64,000 nucleotides of DNA, taken from Octopus sinensis. Taxonomy: Eukaryota. The notes below the pieces were generated by a model. That model was not told the origin of the DNA, ran no database searches, and saw only the letters and a list, made by a program, of their open reading frames with translations. The first letter of the stretch is position 1. Every line of letters starts with the position of its first letter. The translations under genes were made by a program, and so were the position numbers. The stretch is taken from the NCBI RefSeq assembly GCF_006345805.1, contig NC_042999.1, forward strand, positions 60,884,001 to 60,948,000, given 5' to 3'. Of the stretch, positions 13,781-27,440 are shown one piece after another.

Positions 13781-13968
13781 ATTATAATTTAGGGTATCTA
13801 AGAGATACCTCCAAGCAGGAAATAGCAGCCAAAACTTGACTCTAAAACCACATTAAAACTTCATACAACGTCAGGTGCTGTATGAACATCCAATGTGGTT
13901 TTAGAGTCAAGTTTTGGCTGCTACTTCCAGCGTTGAAGTATCTCTTAGATGCCTAAATTTTAATTGTA
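13781..13968. repeat. Palindromic (MITE-like or inverted pLTR) element with about 85-bp arms
   Basis: ATTTAGGGTATCTAAGAGATAC..GCAGCCAAAACTTGACTCTAAAACCACATT..TTCATACA versus TGTATGAA..AATGTGGTTTTAGAGTCAAGTTTTGGCTGC..GTATCTCTTAGATGCCTAAAT. Confidence 0.8.
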
Positions 13969-14051
13969 TATATATATAAAATTGGGACAAGAACGCAAAA
14001 CATCCAGATAGACGATACAAAGAAATCAAGGACAGGTCATTCGGAGTTTTT

Positions 14052-14130
14052 TCCTCAGTCGAGTTCCAGATTATCTTTGCAGTTTCGGCTGGTTATACTC
14101 AAGATTGCTCCAATCTGGCTATCCCCAAGG
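14052..14130 (-). ncRNA. Candidate rearranged (non-circularly permuted) hammerhead ribozyme, degenerate 5'-truncated copy
   Basis: GGAUA-G-CCAGAUU-GGA-GCAAU-C-UUGAGU-AUAAC-CAGCC-GAA-ACUGC-AAAGAU-AAUCUGG-A-ACUCGA-CUGAGGA. Homologous to 44125-44266 with compensatory changes; lies in an insert at about 13978-14235. Confidence 0.65.
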
Positions 14131-14231
14131 GAAAACTAAGATAACTTCTCCACTGGACTTTCTACCTTTCTACCCTTTACGGATTCTCTTTTGGACATTT
14201 ACCCTCCACCTGCACCTCTCCTACCTGTGTA

Positions 14232-14297
<66 letters not shown>

Positions 14298-14663
14298 TAC
14301 GCACACACTCACAGAAACACATATAGATGTGTGTGAGAGTGTGTACTGTGTGTGTACAGATATACACATAGTGAGATAACTTGGCACCAGGGACGCATTA
14401 CATTTTACGGTGTATTATCAATAATTGTTTGGTATGTTCACACGATGGTGGTACTAAATCTTAAATAAAAGACCATACAGTATATGTATATTTGAGCATA
14501 TATATAAGCACTTACACTTAACGATAACATAGTACACACAGCAAAAACATAAAAATATACACGGACACACCTATATATATCAATATATGCACAGTCACAC
14601 GCACAAATACATAGATACATCCATCCATCCATACATACATACATACGCATATATATGTATATA

Positions 14664-14715
<52 letters not shown>

Positions 14716-15509
14716 CATACATACATACACACATATATATTTACATACATACATACGTACATACTTACATAAATATATTCACAAAATCAAAAATATTCAC
14801 CAGTACATAAGACAACTTCCATTTGCATCGTCAATAAGAATATAATTATAATTGATGATACGAATCGGAAATAAAATCTGCCATTTAAAAAAACAAAAAT
14901 ATATTTGACCTTTATTTTCTTCCTACACATGAAACTTATTTTTAATGCATACTGATGCAAGAGTCACCAGCGTAATCATATAAGTGCAAGTTTAATGTGA
15001 ACTCAAATATTTAATGATTCGGTCGTGGAACGTCAGATTGTATTTCTGTGCCATTGTGTTGTTTTTGACTTTTTTTTATATTAGTTACTTTCATCTATTC
15101 TCTACATGCTTCTAACTACCTGGTATGTATGTATGTATGTATGTATGTATGTATGCATGTATGCATGTATGCATGTATGTATGTTTATACACACAAATAC
15201 ATACATACATACATACATACATACGTACGTACATACTTCGTATCTTTAGCCTCATTTAGAAATCTATTGAAATTCAAGAGATTTCAGTGAATAGATGCGT
15301 GTATGTACATAGCTGTATATATATATAAATATGCATATAAACACACACACACATATATACACGTACGCACACACATACATGCACATACGCATATATGTAA
15401 AGTTATATACATATATGTTATAAATGCAATTATATATATACGTACGCATCTAAGTGCAAAATATAATGGACGGGGAAGGTGAAAGATTACATACACACAC
15501 ACATATATA

Positions 15510-15570
<61 letters not shown>

Positions 15571-16279
15571 GATGTATCTATATATATGTATATGCATGCA
15601 TATGTACATGTATGTATATAAATTTATGTATTTTTAAAAGTAAATATATGCTTTAATGTACATAACATGCATTTGAAACGGGAAACACTCAACGACAAAT
15701 TCATTTAACAGATGGCAAATGTTTCTGTTTTTTGTGGGCTGGGGATGCCTACCGCATCATTACGTTGGTGATTTTGTCAGAGGAATTCTCCTTAATGCTA
15801 AATGCCGGTTAAGTTTAATTTAATTATTAAGATATCTCCTACGAATTAAACTTCAATTCGATATGCAAGCTTTGGGTAGCTTAAACTCTACATAGCATTC
15901 GTAATCGAAAACTAGACGTGGTATCAGGATACACAGATATGTTTTGAATAAAAATTTGTCTCCTCTGTCCCAGATATCGTGCCATCCACTTGTATCAATG
16001 CTATTTATGCACTACTCAAGTCTTCCGACGGTACAATACACTTGAACACTCATTCAGCTGTAGTTGATAAAGTTGGTTGTAGCTTGTTGAATGTAGGAAC
16101 TCGTAGTAATGATTAACGGATCAAGTTTAAGCAAAATTTTACAAGGAACATAGCAAGTTGCAAAAGTGGTAGGTGGCGCTCTATATCTTACTTTTTATAG
16201 TAGCATCGACTTCCAATTGTCCATTATTTGCATTAACTCTTTTTTCTGTAATTTTTCTTTATTTGCAGTACAATGTTAG

Positions 16280-16620
16280 TAATGAATAGACAATCCGAAA
16301 CAATGATCGTCCATGTTCATAGGAGTTCGATCTTGACAAAGGCTGATCTGCACACCAGTACTTTTAAACATATTCTTGGGAAACAATACAGGACGTATCG
16401 CAAGGATTCCCCTCTTTCATTTTCATCATATGACATACCTCTAACAGCTTGTGCTTTACGGAAGATATCGATTGAATGGAAAACAGGGAAGCACATCCCG
16501 TGACTGAGGAGGAGATTGGCAGTCAGATCATAAATTGCAAGATTGGCTAAAAGCCCCAGCTAGGCAACTGTAACCAAGATCAGGACAATTTATGAAGACG
16601 GATTGGGAAAGCATAGCACC
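16280..16620 (+). mobile_element. Old RTE-clade LINE 3' remnant
   Basis: Degenerate GRIAR (cf. GHIAR) and QLVLYG..GKQG pattern typical of the RTE C-terminus; many stops. Confidence 0.4.
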
Positions 16621-17489
16621 TCAATAACAGACACAGAAGTAAGCTTTGGCTTTGCTTCAGTTGTCATGAAGAAAACAAATGCCAAATGGAAAGCAGTTTT
16701 ATCAATGCCCTCATGAATCACAAACAGTGCAAAAAACCCTAGCAACTTAGGACCAACAAAGAACATACCTGCGAGGTTTTCAATCATTACGTTCTTCGTG
16801 TTAGGCTCTCTAGGGTTTATGCCTCTCTTCCATAGTTATATATGAGTTTGTGTGTGTGTGAATAAGTTTGTCTTTGAGTCTGCATGTATTTATGTTTGCA
16901 TGGGCTTTTTTCACTTGGGATGCTTCAACAAATTTATATGCCCTAGTCTTTGTCCTACTCTTGAAGTACAGTGTATACTGCTTGATAAGACGCACAGTTT
17001 TTTTACTCCTGAATGTAACAAAATTTTGTCATGCTTCTAATGCGACTGTAATATGGATGACAACCAAGTGTATCAGTGTATGATAAAAAATAATAGTCCC
17101 CCCTCCCAAAAAAAACTTTTCCCACAAAAATTGGCTTGTTGTACGCAAGAGTGTTTCTTGTTTTATGCGAGAGTGTGTACGATATTCCTAGTGATGACTG
17201 AAAGACACTGCTTTTATCTTTCTCTACTTCCTGCTTCTCTTTTCTTTATATTGCTGTGTTATTTTCTTTCTCTCTTCCCTTGTGATACTTTTTTTCCTTT
17301 TTCTCTCTACTTCCCTTGAACGACACATAAAACATTCGTCCTTCTCTTCTCTCTACGCTCATCCGTTCTTTCTTTTCATCTCCCACATTTTAAAAATTTA
17401 TTCCTTTCTTGAGCGTCACCCTAATAAAATCTTATTCATATTGTAGCACGAAACCAGCAAGTACATTTTGCTCAACAAATATTTATATT

Positions 17490-17612
17490 ATCGAACCCGT
17501 AATGATGAATGGCAAATTCGCCCTCCACAGAATTTGAACTCAGAAGTTAAAAACGGACGAAAGACCGCTAAGCAGTTTACTTGGCATGCTAACGATTATG
17601 CCAGCTACCCAC
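17490..17612 (-). mobile_element. SINE family A fragment
   Basis: GATGAATGGCAAATTCG..GAATTTGAACTCAGAA..CCGCTAAGCA. Another fragment lies at about 21920-22060. Confidence 0.65.
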
Positions 17613-17686
17613 CTTCATCAACCTCATAATAATAATCCTGAACGTCCTTTTTTCTTTTTTTCAGTTTTCATTTTTTATTTGTATAC

Positions 17687-17721
<35 letters not shown>

Positions 17722-18923
17722 TGTATGTATGTATGTATGTATGTATTATGTATGTATGTATGTATGTATGTATGTATGTATGTATGTATGTATGTATGTA
17801 TGTATGTATGTATGTATGTATGTATGTATGTGTGCGTTGGTGTACATGTGTGTGTGTATGCGTGTGTGTGAGTGTAAAGCGGTCGATTGAGGTAGATCTT
17901 CATGAGAGAGGGCTTGCCATTGATGAGGTCACAAATGGTGACGAAAGGAGTTTCACAACCTAATTTATTGATTTACCGCATGATTTAACAAACAAGCGAT
18001 TAGTTACTTGGTTAAATAACCAACCAATTGACTCACAATAAAGATACAAAACTCTACTACTATGTGTTTTTATCATTGGCGTCTGGAGCCCCTCGAGATG
18101 TTACAAAATATATTTTGTACCACAAGCTCGCATCAAGAATCTAGCAAACTAAATGCAAAAATGAAACTGTCGATAATTGATATAGAATCTTATAAATTAC
18201 TTAACGGCCGTAAATTATTTTAAGTGTCATAAGCGGTCATAAGCATTATGATGTTTAAAATCCCTAACTTTAAAAGCATCGTTTTGGTTATTTACCTTAT
18301 CTAAGTAAGGATGCAAATTATGAAATTTTTAGTCGTTCCGAAAATTGGTAATGAGAAACTTGTTACAATATCGGTGACAAGCATCAACTGGTGTAATGCA
18401 AACACATACACACTCACTGATATACACACATACATGAATATACATACATAAAACACCAGCAAACAGAAACACACACACAAGCCAACATATACGTGGGTGT
18501 AAGGATGATAGACATAAAATTGTCACAAAACTTTTGACAGTAATTCAGGAAGATTGTTGGTTTCTCCCTTTCATCGTTCGTTTTCATATCTTTTTCCTAT
18601 ATTAACATGGCTTCTTTCTACTTCAGATATTAATTCATACCTCCTATAATGTAGTCTTTCTAGAGTCATTTGAAGGTTTTCCACCGATCTAATTTTATGT
18701 TAATGCGTAATTATACAGTATAAATACACTAACAAGACCCATACAACTTTACACCGTATTTCAATAATATAGAGACCTGATGTTGACGTTGATGGATATT
18801 AATTTTCTGATAAATTCAGTAAACTTAACTCAGAGATATATTCTGATACGTTATCGATTATGATACGCAGATGCCCACTTCTACATACACACACATGTAT
18901 ATGCATACACGCATATATATATA

Positions 18924-18976
<53 letters not shown>

Positions 18977-19138
18977 CATATATTTATATTTATATACATA
19001 CATACATATGTAAAGTAGAGAGAGAGAGAATCAGAAAGAGAGAAAGAATATGACATATATAGATATTTGTGTATTTGTATACATATGTATATACATACAT
19101 ACATTCATGCATACACACACACACATACACACACACAC

Positions 19139-19231
<93 letters not shown>

Positions 19232-19233
<2 letters not shown>

Positions 19234-20858
19234 GTTGCGGCCAAAATGTTCAGAACGGCATTGTTTTCGTCAGAAAAGTAAGTATAAGTTTTTATCATAG
19301 TGATTTTCTATTCTATAATTTTCACAGACAATAAATACAATATTAATTGTTATTGTCTGAAATTTTTGTGTAATTTGAGAGGATAATACAAAAGTTATGG
19401 ATGATTTAGTGATTTACTGCAAAACCCATGGCGGCCAAAATGATCAGAACGGTTTAAAAAATAACAAAATAATCAAAAATGACAGAGAATACTGGAATTA
19501 TTTAATATTTAGTGTGAAACCCTTTAGCTTCAATCACACTCTGACATCTTCGACTGCATGAGGAAATTAAATTTTCAATTTCTTGCTGGGTGATCTTATT
19601 CCATTCTTCCTGAAGGGCATTCCATAATTGCTCAGTTGTTTTAGGATTTCTGGCTTTCGAACGTTCTCCTAGAATATTCCATACATTTTCAATAGGATTG
19701 AGATCTGGGCTTTGAGCAGGCCAATCCATAACAATAACCTTTTCAGCCTTGAGGAAGTTCATGACCACCTTAGCCTTGTGACATGGGGCATTGTCCTGCA
19801 GGAATATGGGTGGTCGCTTAGTTGAATTTCTCAGCACAGGCAAAACATGATCTTTTACAAGTTGTTTATAAACTTCTGCATTTACCTTTCCATGTAATCG
19901 CACCAAAGGGCCCACACCATCTCCAGATATCATCGCCCAAACGATGACACTTCCTCCACCGAATTTAACACTAGTCTTAAGGCATTTAGGCGACAATTTT
20001 TCACCTACTTTTCTACGAACGTACATTTTCCCATCTGAGCCAAATAACATAAACTTAGATTCATCACTGAAATGCACCGTTTGCTATTTTTCTTGAGACC
20101 ACAACACATGTTCGGTTGCAAAGGTAAGACGACACTTTTTATTCTTGGAGCTGATCAGTAACTTCACTGCAGATGCTCTTGCTTGTAGGTCATGTTCAAC
20201 TAAACGACGAGACACAGTTATTCGAGATAAAGTTTTCTTCAATACAATGCTCATTTTCCGAGAAACAGCAGCAGCAGTTTTAAATCTGTCCTTTTTAACC
20301 AACTTTACCATAGCACGATCTTCTCTCTTGGTCGTTTTTCTTGGCCTACGTGTAAACTTTCTTGCTTCACATGAACCACAATCATCCTAGACCTTAAGAA
20401 TACCGTGTACAACACTTTTTGACTTGTTAACAATTTTTGCAACAGATCCAATACTTAAATTATCCTTCCTTCGAAGCTTAATAATCTGCTGACGAATTGG
20501 TAACCGAGTAAGTGGCATTATATTAACAAAGTACACTGCAAATATTCTTACTAATGTTTAGTAAACGAACCGTCATGTAAACAAATTCAAAACATTAGAG
20601 TTCGCCGGTTAAATATACTAAAACACGGAGTAAAAGCAACCGTTCTGATCATTTTGGCCGCCATGGGTTTTGAAGTAAATCACTAAATCATCAATAACTT
20701 GTATTATGCCCTCAAATGACACCAAAATCTCAGGGAATAGCAAATGATATCGTCTGTATTGTCTGTGAAAATTATAGAATATAACACAACTTTGATAAAA
20801 AATTATATCTACTTTTCTGACGAAAACAATGCCGTTCTGAACATTTTGGCCGCCGTTG
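19232..20858 (-). mobile_element. Tc1-family DNA transposon with long IR/DR-type terminal inverted repeats
   Basis: TIRs of about 225 bp (19232-19455, 20637-20858), each with two direct repeats GGCCAAAATG(T/A)TCAGAACGG; TA flanks. Confidence 0.95.
19502..20518 (-). pseudogene. Tc1 DD34E transposase, one reading frame with two in-frame stops
   Basis: MPLTRLPIRQQII.. through FSDESKF, QDNAPCH and SPDLNPIENVW (34 residues between D and E). ORFs 20084-20311 and 19502-20077 are in frame with the ATG at 20518. Confidence 0.92.
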
Positions 20859-20974
20859 TATATGTATGTATGTATGCATGCATGCATGTATGTATGTATG
20901 TATGTATGTATGTATGTATGTATGTATGTATGCATATATGTATGTATATATATATATATAAATATACATATGTA

Positions 20975-21118
20975 TACAGTGGCCTTTTAACAAATCCACT
21001 CAAAAGGTTTTGGTCTATCCGACACAGTGGTACAAGGCACTTGTCTAATGTGCCATACAGTAGGACTGATTCCGGACCTACGTGACTCAGAAGCAAACTT
21101 CTCACCACACAGCCACGA
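20975..21118 (-). mobile_element. SINE family B 5' half
   Basis: CAAATCCACTCAAAAGG..CACTTGTCTAATGTGCCA..CTCACCACACAGCCAC. Confidence 0.65.
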
Positions 21119-21146
21119 TATGACTACACACACATACACACACACA

Positions 21147-21180
<34 letters not shown>

Positions 21181-22058
21181 TACAAAGATTTTACATGTGT
21201 GAGTATGTATGTATTCGTACATTTGTGTAAAGTAACAGGGATTTTACGGGAGACATGGCAGCTGGTTTATTTGATAAATTATATGTAGAAACATTTAGCA
21301 AGAATTAAATATCCAACTTGAAGCCTTTCGTTTTCCTGATATGACAAGAATAAGCAACCCTGGTGAAAATATAAAGAGAAAGGGGAATTACTAATTTCGT
21401 TATAGGTTTGGTATTTCGAAGCAATAAAAATTTAAAGATGGCTTCCGTTACATGTGTGAAATTTACTGCTGAAATTTGTGTTGCTTAGGCTGCTATGTCT
21501 CAGGAAAATGTTGGCATGTATTTGGGAAGCAAACGGGAAATAAAGAATTTTCTGTGGAATATTTGTAGTTACCTTTAATGCAAAATGTTCTTTCACGGCG
21601 ACATTGATATTTAAGCAAGTACTGACACTGTTAACAGCATACTTGCAGATTTTTCTGTCAGAACGCAAATAGAAATAACTTATAGTGAAAATAGTCTTAT
21701 ACATCTCTCTGACATTTCCGCACATCGACCATGCCGGGTTTACTTTATTCAATCCCGAAAGTATCACTGGAAGATTTGAGTTCAGCATCATTTGAACCCA
21801 TGGACATATAGATTCACAACAATAATGCAAAACATTCTATCCAACGCTCTAAACTTCTGCCAATATCCCATCTTTTCTATATAGCTCTCACATTTTGTCA
21901 CAAGGCCACCAATTTCGCCCCCGGTACTAAACTGCTACTTATATTACCGACCTCGTGAAGATGAGGGGCAAAATCAACCTCGGCAGAATTTGAACTCAGA
22001 GCGCGAAGACGGACAAAATGACGCTAAGCATTCCGCCCGCCCTACTAATGAGCCTTGC

Positions 22059-22109
<51 letters not shown>

Positions 22110-22112
<3 letters not shown>

Positions 22113-22470
22113 TAGAGGGAAACCACTATGTGGACATCCTTATGCTATGATCTACGGAAAATTATGTAAGTAAAATTACGTAATATGTTAATAATGAAAC
22201 ATGTATACGAATAATCCATATTTTTATTGCTTTTTCTTTTGTCTTGCTCGATTACGTTTTGGTTGTTTTGCTAAATTTTTATTGAGAACATTTCTTAGTG
22301 GTAAGACCATAGCGGATCTATTTCTAGCATAAGGGTGTCCACATAGTGGTTTCCTTCTAATATGTATATAATACAATTTTACTGAACCTTCAGTTATTTT
22401 TATATGCTAGACCACTGGTGTGAAATCGATGTTAAATAAATTAAAATCTAATTCCTCACCCTCAGTTTAA
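22110..22470. repeat. (TA)n-embedded insert with about 40-bp inverted arms
   Basis: ATTAGAGGGAAACCACTATGTGGACATCCTTATGCTA (22111-22147) and TAGCATAAGGGTGTCCACATAGTGGTTTCCTTCTAAT (22325-22361). Confidence 0.75.
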
Positions 22471-22605
22471 ATTTATATATATATAAGTAAATAAATGGAA
22501 TACTTAGGGCGCTACGTCCTTGATACTTGCGTGAATTTTGTTACCCTGGTAACAGTTTATTGAATTTTCGATGTTAACGGTAAACAAATGATAATTCATT
22601 CATCC

Positions 22606-22672
<67 letters not shown>

Positions 22673-22699
22673 AATGATTGAGTGTGCGTGTGTGTATGT

Positions 22700-22990
22700 G
22701 CAATGGCTGAGTGGTTAAAGTGTGGGGATCACCATCATTGGGTAAGTGAATTCGATTCCCGGACCGGGTTGTATGTTATATTCTTGAGCAAGAATAAATA
22801 AAATTTATTTTACGTTGCTCTAGTTCACTCAGCTATAGAAATGAATTGCAACGTCACTGATTCTAAACTATATCGGTCTTTGCCTTTCCCTTGGATAACA
22901 TTGGCGGTGTGGAGAAGGGAGGCTTGTATGCAAGGGAGGCTGCAGTCTTCACAACCTGGGACTTTGAAGACTGCTTAAATGCAAGAAAGT
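22700..22990 (+). mobile_element. tRNA-derived SINE (third family)
   Basis: A box TGGCTGAGTGGTTAA, B box TTCGATTCCC, body TCTTGAGCAAG..CACTCAGCT..AAATG; related 3' segment at about 54020-54065. Confidence 0.6.
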
Positions 22991-23160
22991 ATACTAGTCC
23001 CTTAATATTTGATATTCAATTATTCATCTATTCAATAAGACAATCAATACTTCATTTCAATTTACTATATATACTATTTATACTATATATTGTATATTCT
23101 ACATAAATATTATAAAGAATATAAATGAAACAAAAAAAAGAGTTGGAATTCCTTTGAATA

Positions 23161-23202
<42 letters not shown>

Positions 23203-23204
23203 AC

Positions 23205-23235
<31 letters not shown>

Positions 23236-23925
23236 TGTATGTATGTATGTATGTATGTATGTATGTATGTATGTATGTATGTATGTATATATGTGCGTAT
23301 GTATATAATATAACATAAATAAAATAAAACAAAATATCATTGTGTTATTATTTTGCTAAATTGATGCTGCAGAGGTGTTTTCTAAGATATTAGTCTATTA
23401 TTTTCTTTGGGGATACATAAAGAACTTAGTACGAGTTTATTGCCAAAGGTAAGTATTTGAAAAATTGATACAATCGTAAGCTTATTCAAGTAACTAATAA
23501 GAACCTGACCAGATACGAAATCTCCAGATTGTTAGAAGCAATTAAGAGGAAACAAGATTCCGAAGAAAAAAATAAAATAAAATAAAATCTTCTACTAAGC
23601 AACATATATTTCTTTGATTATGTTTCTGATTGCATTCAGCAAGTCTGTATCTTTCAGAACCGTTCGCTTTGATCTTTCCATTGAAACAGCGCAAATCACA
23701 CAAACGACGTTAATGGACTTGGAGGACGGATAACCTGGTTTTCGCTTTCAGTCAGTCAGTCAGCCATTCTCAATTTACTAATGTCATTTGGAAGAAGGAG
23801 GAGGAGTAGAAGAAGAAGAAGAAGAAGAGGAAGAAGAAAACACGTTGTTATCATTGTTATATTTGCTGCAAATACACACATTGTGGTACACACATTGTGG
23901 TACACACAAACACACATACATGCAC

Positions 23926-23957
<32 letters not shown>

Positions 23958-24137
23958 ACATACATACACTCACACGCACAGAAAGGAAAACATAAGCACC
24001 AATACATATGTGCGTATGCATGTGTCATTGTATATGGGTGCACATACGTTTAGAGAGAACTGCAGTATATATGTGTCTGGGTTTGCCTGTGTGTATGTGT
24101 GTAGATATACATGTATGCACATACAGATATAAATAGG

Positions 24138-24179
<42 letters not shown>

Positions 24180-24988
24180 CACATACATACATACATGCAC
24201 ATGTGCTCTTTATAACAAACGAGAGAAAATAGTCAGTACATTGATTAAATCAAATATTTATACATTTATTGGTTTGACGCTACTGTTACTTAAAGTTCCA
24301 AATTAACACAATCAATCAAATGCTTAATGAAAACTATTCTCTAATCCACGATGGCGGGGCAGCCTCTCCATTCCATGGAGAACAACAAATAAAGTGAGTA
24401 GTCTGTTGTAGCCGCAGTCGTTGACATTTGAGGGAAGACGTTCTTGTTAAGGGTACCATATTCTTTGAAGATGATGTATGACAAAATATTGACATTGCAG
24501 CATTAACTTTTACAGAAATTCACTGCCAAGTTATCCATATAAGTTTCTAAATTAAGCCTTATAGTACAATGCACTTCTAAGATAATATGCTTTCTAATAT
24601 GGGACCACGATTACGTTGCTAGGTGTTAATATTTCGACATGGTTTGAGGCGTCGAATTCTAGCTTATTGAATGAGTTAATTATGTAGTGCAGTTTCAGTT
24701 ACTTCACAAAATGTGCGATATGTTTGACTTGTGCAAAAATTTGAAATACTTTAACGAAAACACTCGCTAAATGAATATAATATATGAAGATGATAAGTTT
24801 CTTGGATATAATACGAAATACGAAACACAAACACTGGTAAAAATACAGCATACCTATCACAACCTCGCCATATAAGAAAAACTATTCTACTAGAAACTCT
24901 AAACATATCATGACTATACAGCGTGAAGAGCATGTTATCCGTTTTCCAAGATCATTTACATCTAGACTCTTATCGAATAGAAATATAT

Positions 24989-25595
24989 ATTTCTTTATTG
25001 CCCACAAGGGGCTAAACATAGAGGGGACAGGACAAACAAGGACAGACAAACGGATTAAGTCGATTACATCGACCCCAGTGCGTATCTGGTACTTATTTAA
25101 TCGACCCCGAAAGGATGAAAGGCAAAGTCGACCTCGGCGGAATTTGAACTCAGAACGTAGCGGCAGACGAATTACCTATCTCTTTACTACCCTCAAGGGG
25201 CTAAACACAGAGGGGACAAACAAGGACAGACAAACGGATTAAGTTGATTATATCGACCCCAGTGCGTAACTGGTACTTATTTAATCGACCCACGAAAGGA
25301 TAAAAGGCAAAGTCGACCTCGGCGGAATTTGAACGCAGAACGTAACCGCAGACGAAATACCTATTTCTTTATTACCCACAGGGGGCTAAACACAGAGGGA
25401 ACAAACAACGACAGACATAGGTATTAAGTCGTTTACATCGACACCAGTGCGTAAATGGTACTTAATTTATCGACCCCGAAAGGATGAAAGGCAAAGTCGA
25501 CCTCGGCGGAATTTGAACGCAGAACGTAACCGCAGACGAAATACCACTAAGCATTTCACCAGGCGTCTTAACGTTTCCACCAGCTCGCTGCCTCT
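24989..25595 (-). mobile_element. SINE family A trimer with 21-bp target-site duplication
   Basis: TSD TCTTATCGAATAGAAATATAT at 24968-24988 and 25596-25616; internal junctions match those in 842-1568. Confidence 0.9.
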
Positions 25596-26106
25596 TCTTA
25601 TCGAATAGAAATATATTGAACAAACTGTCCCAAATATAATAGATTAGCAGCTGGGAGTATTTTCAGCATCAAGCTTAAAGACAGACAGCAAACTTCTGTA
25701 AATAACACCAAACATAATGATATAAATCACATGGGAATCTGATACTTCCCTCAGATTTATAAATGTACCCAGCACCTTCCTTACATACTCAGAAAATACT
25801 TTCTCACATCTATTTCCCGTCCATGAGTCAGTTTCAGATATGAAAAAATCCCAACAGGGCATGCAAAATTTCAAACACAATTTTATTTATGAATATAATA
25901 TATTGCTCATTACTGAAGCAGTAATTACTAAAAATTATTGTTTTCATTCAAAACTTGATTTCCCATTGGTTACGTTTTATTGTCTCTTACCCATCCTCTT
26001 TTTTCCCTTCCAAATGTTTTTATGTTTTGTTTTTTTATATTAAGTGATCGCTATTTTTTCCAAAGACTTCTTGGAATCAATTCTCTTTTTCTGTTTCCTT
26101 TTTATA

Positions 26107-26582
26107 TATTTTTTTCTTTATTACCCACAAGGGGCTAAACATAGAAGGGACAAACAAATGGATTAAGTCGATTACATCGACCCCAGTGCGTAACTGATAC
26201 TTAATTTATCGACCCCGAAAGGATGAAAGGCAAAGTCGACCTCGGCGGAATTTGAACTCAGAGCGTAACAGCAGACGAAATACGGCTACGCATTTCGCCC
26301 GGCGTGCTAACGGTTCTGCCAGCTCGCCGCCTTCTGTTTCCTTTTTATATATATTTCTTTACTTCCCACAAGGGGCTAAACGTAAAGGGGACAAACAAGG
26401 ACAGACAAAATGGATTAAGTCGATTACATCGACCCTAGTGCGTAACTGGTACTTAATTTATCGACCCCGAAACGATGAAAGGCAAATCGACCTCGGCGGA
26501 ATTTGAACTCAGAACGTAACGGCAGACGAAATACGGCTACGCATTTCGCCCGGCGTGCTATCGATTCTGCCAGTTCGCCGCC
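26107..26582 (-). mobile_element. Two full SINE family A copies separated and flanked by the same target sequence
   Basis: TTCTGTTTCCTTTTTAT at about 26089, 26332 and 26583. Confidence 0.85.
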
Positions 26583-27440
26583 TTCTGTTTCCTTTTTATG
26601 TAGGCAGTCTATGCATATTTACAAGAACACAGCAAGATCTCGTGCAGCGGCTATGGTTCAATTTTTTATCATTAACTATATACCATTAATATAAGAACGT
26701 CTATATTAGTCTTATGTGATTGGTAATGAACAGAATATTATACATTTGCAATTTTTCTCTTGCAACACCCATGCAGCAACACACGGTTCCATGAAATATT
26801 ATTACTCACCACATGCGCCTACTGAAAAAAATTTAAAAAAAAACACTAAGCAGTAATTCTTATACCAGAAACCATAGAATTTGAGACCCATTCACTCATT
26901 TGCTTTGCCTGTTGGGAAACACAAACATTCACTACTATTTAAATGTCATTTTGTATTTCAAAGCTCTCATTATGATACAGAATTCCCTTGTGCACATATA
27001 ACCTAATCGTGATTCATCTTTACCAGGTGCGGAGAAGCGTTTCTCTATTTATCTGTGAAATTTCTAACTATAAAAAGTTTTACACTAACACGTGCTCATT
27101 GGGCTCCTTACAATATCATGTATTTTTTTTCTGATGATTAATCCTCTTCGTGTTCTTAATTAGCAGTGGAGTAGAAAATAGTAAATTTAAACCAGGGATA
27201 GGCTTGTACTTCTCCTTATACAAATGTTTGGCTTATAAACGAAGAAAAGCGTCCCAGTTTATTCGAATTCAACTGGGTATGTAACTTAATAAAAGTTTTC
27301 TTTAGTAAACCACAATGGTTTCAATACATCTGAAGTCCTTCGTTCAATGTTAAACAAGATCATTAGCATTTAATGGAGACTAAGTTTCCACTCTTCTTGA
27401 AGTTTCATGAAAAGTTTTCATACAAAAGCTCGAAACACTG

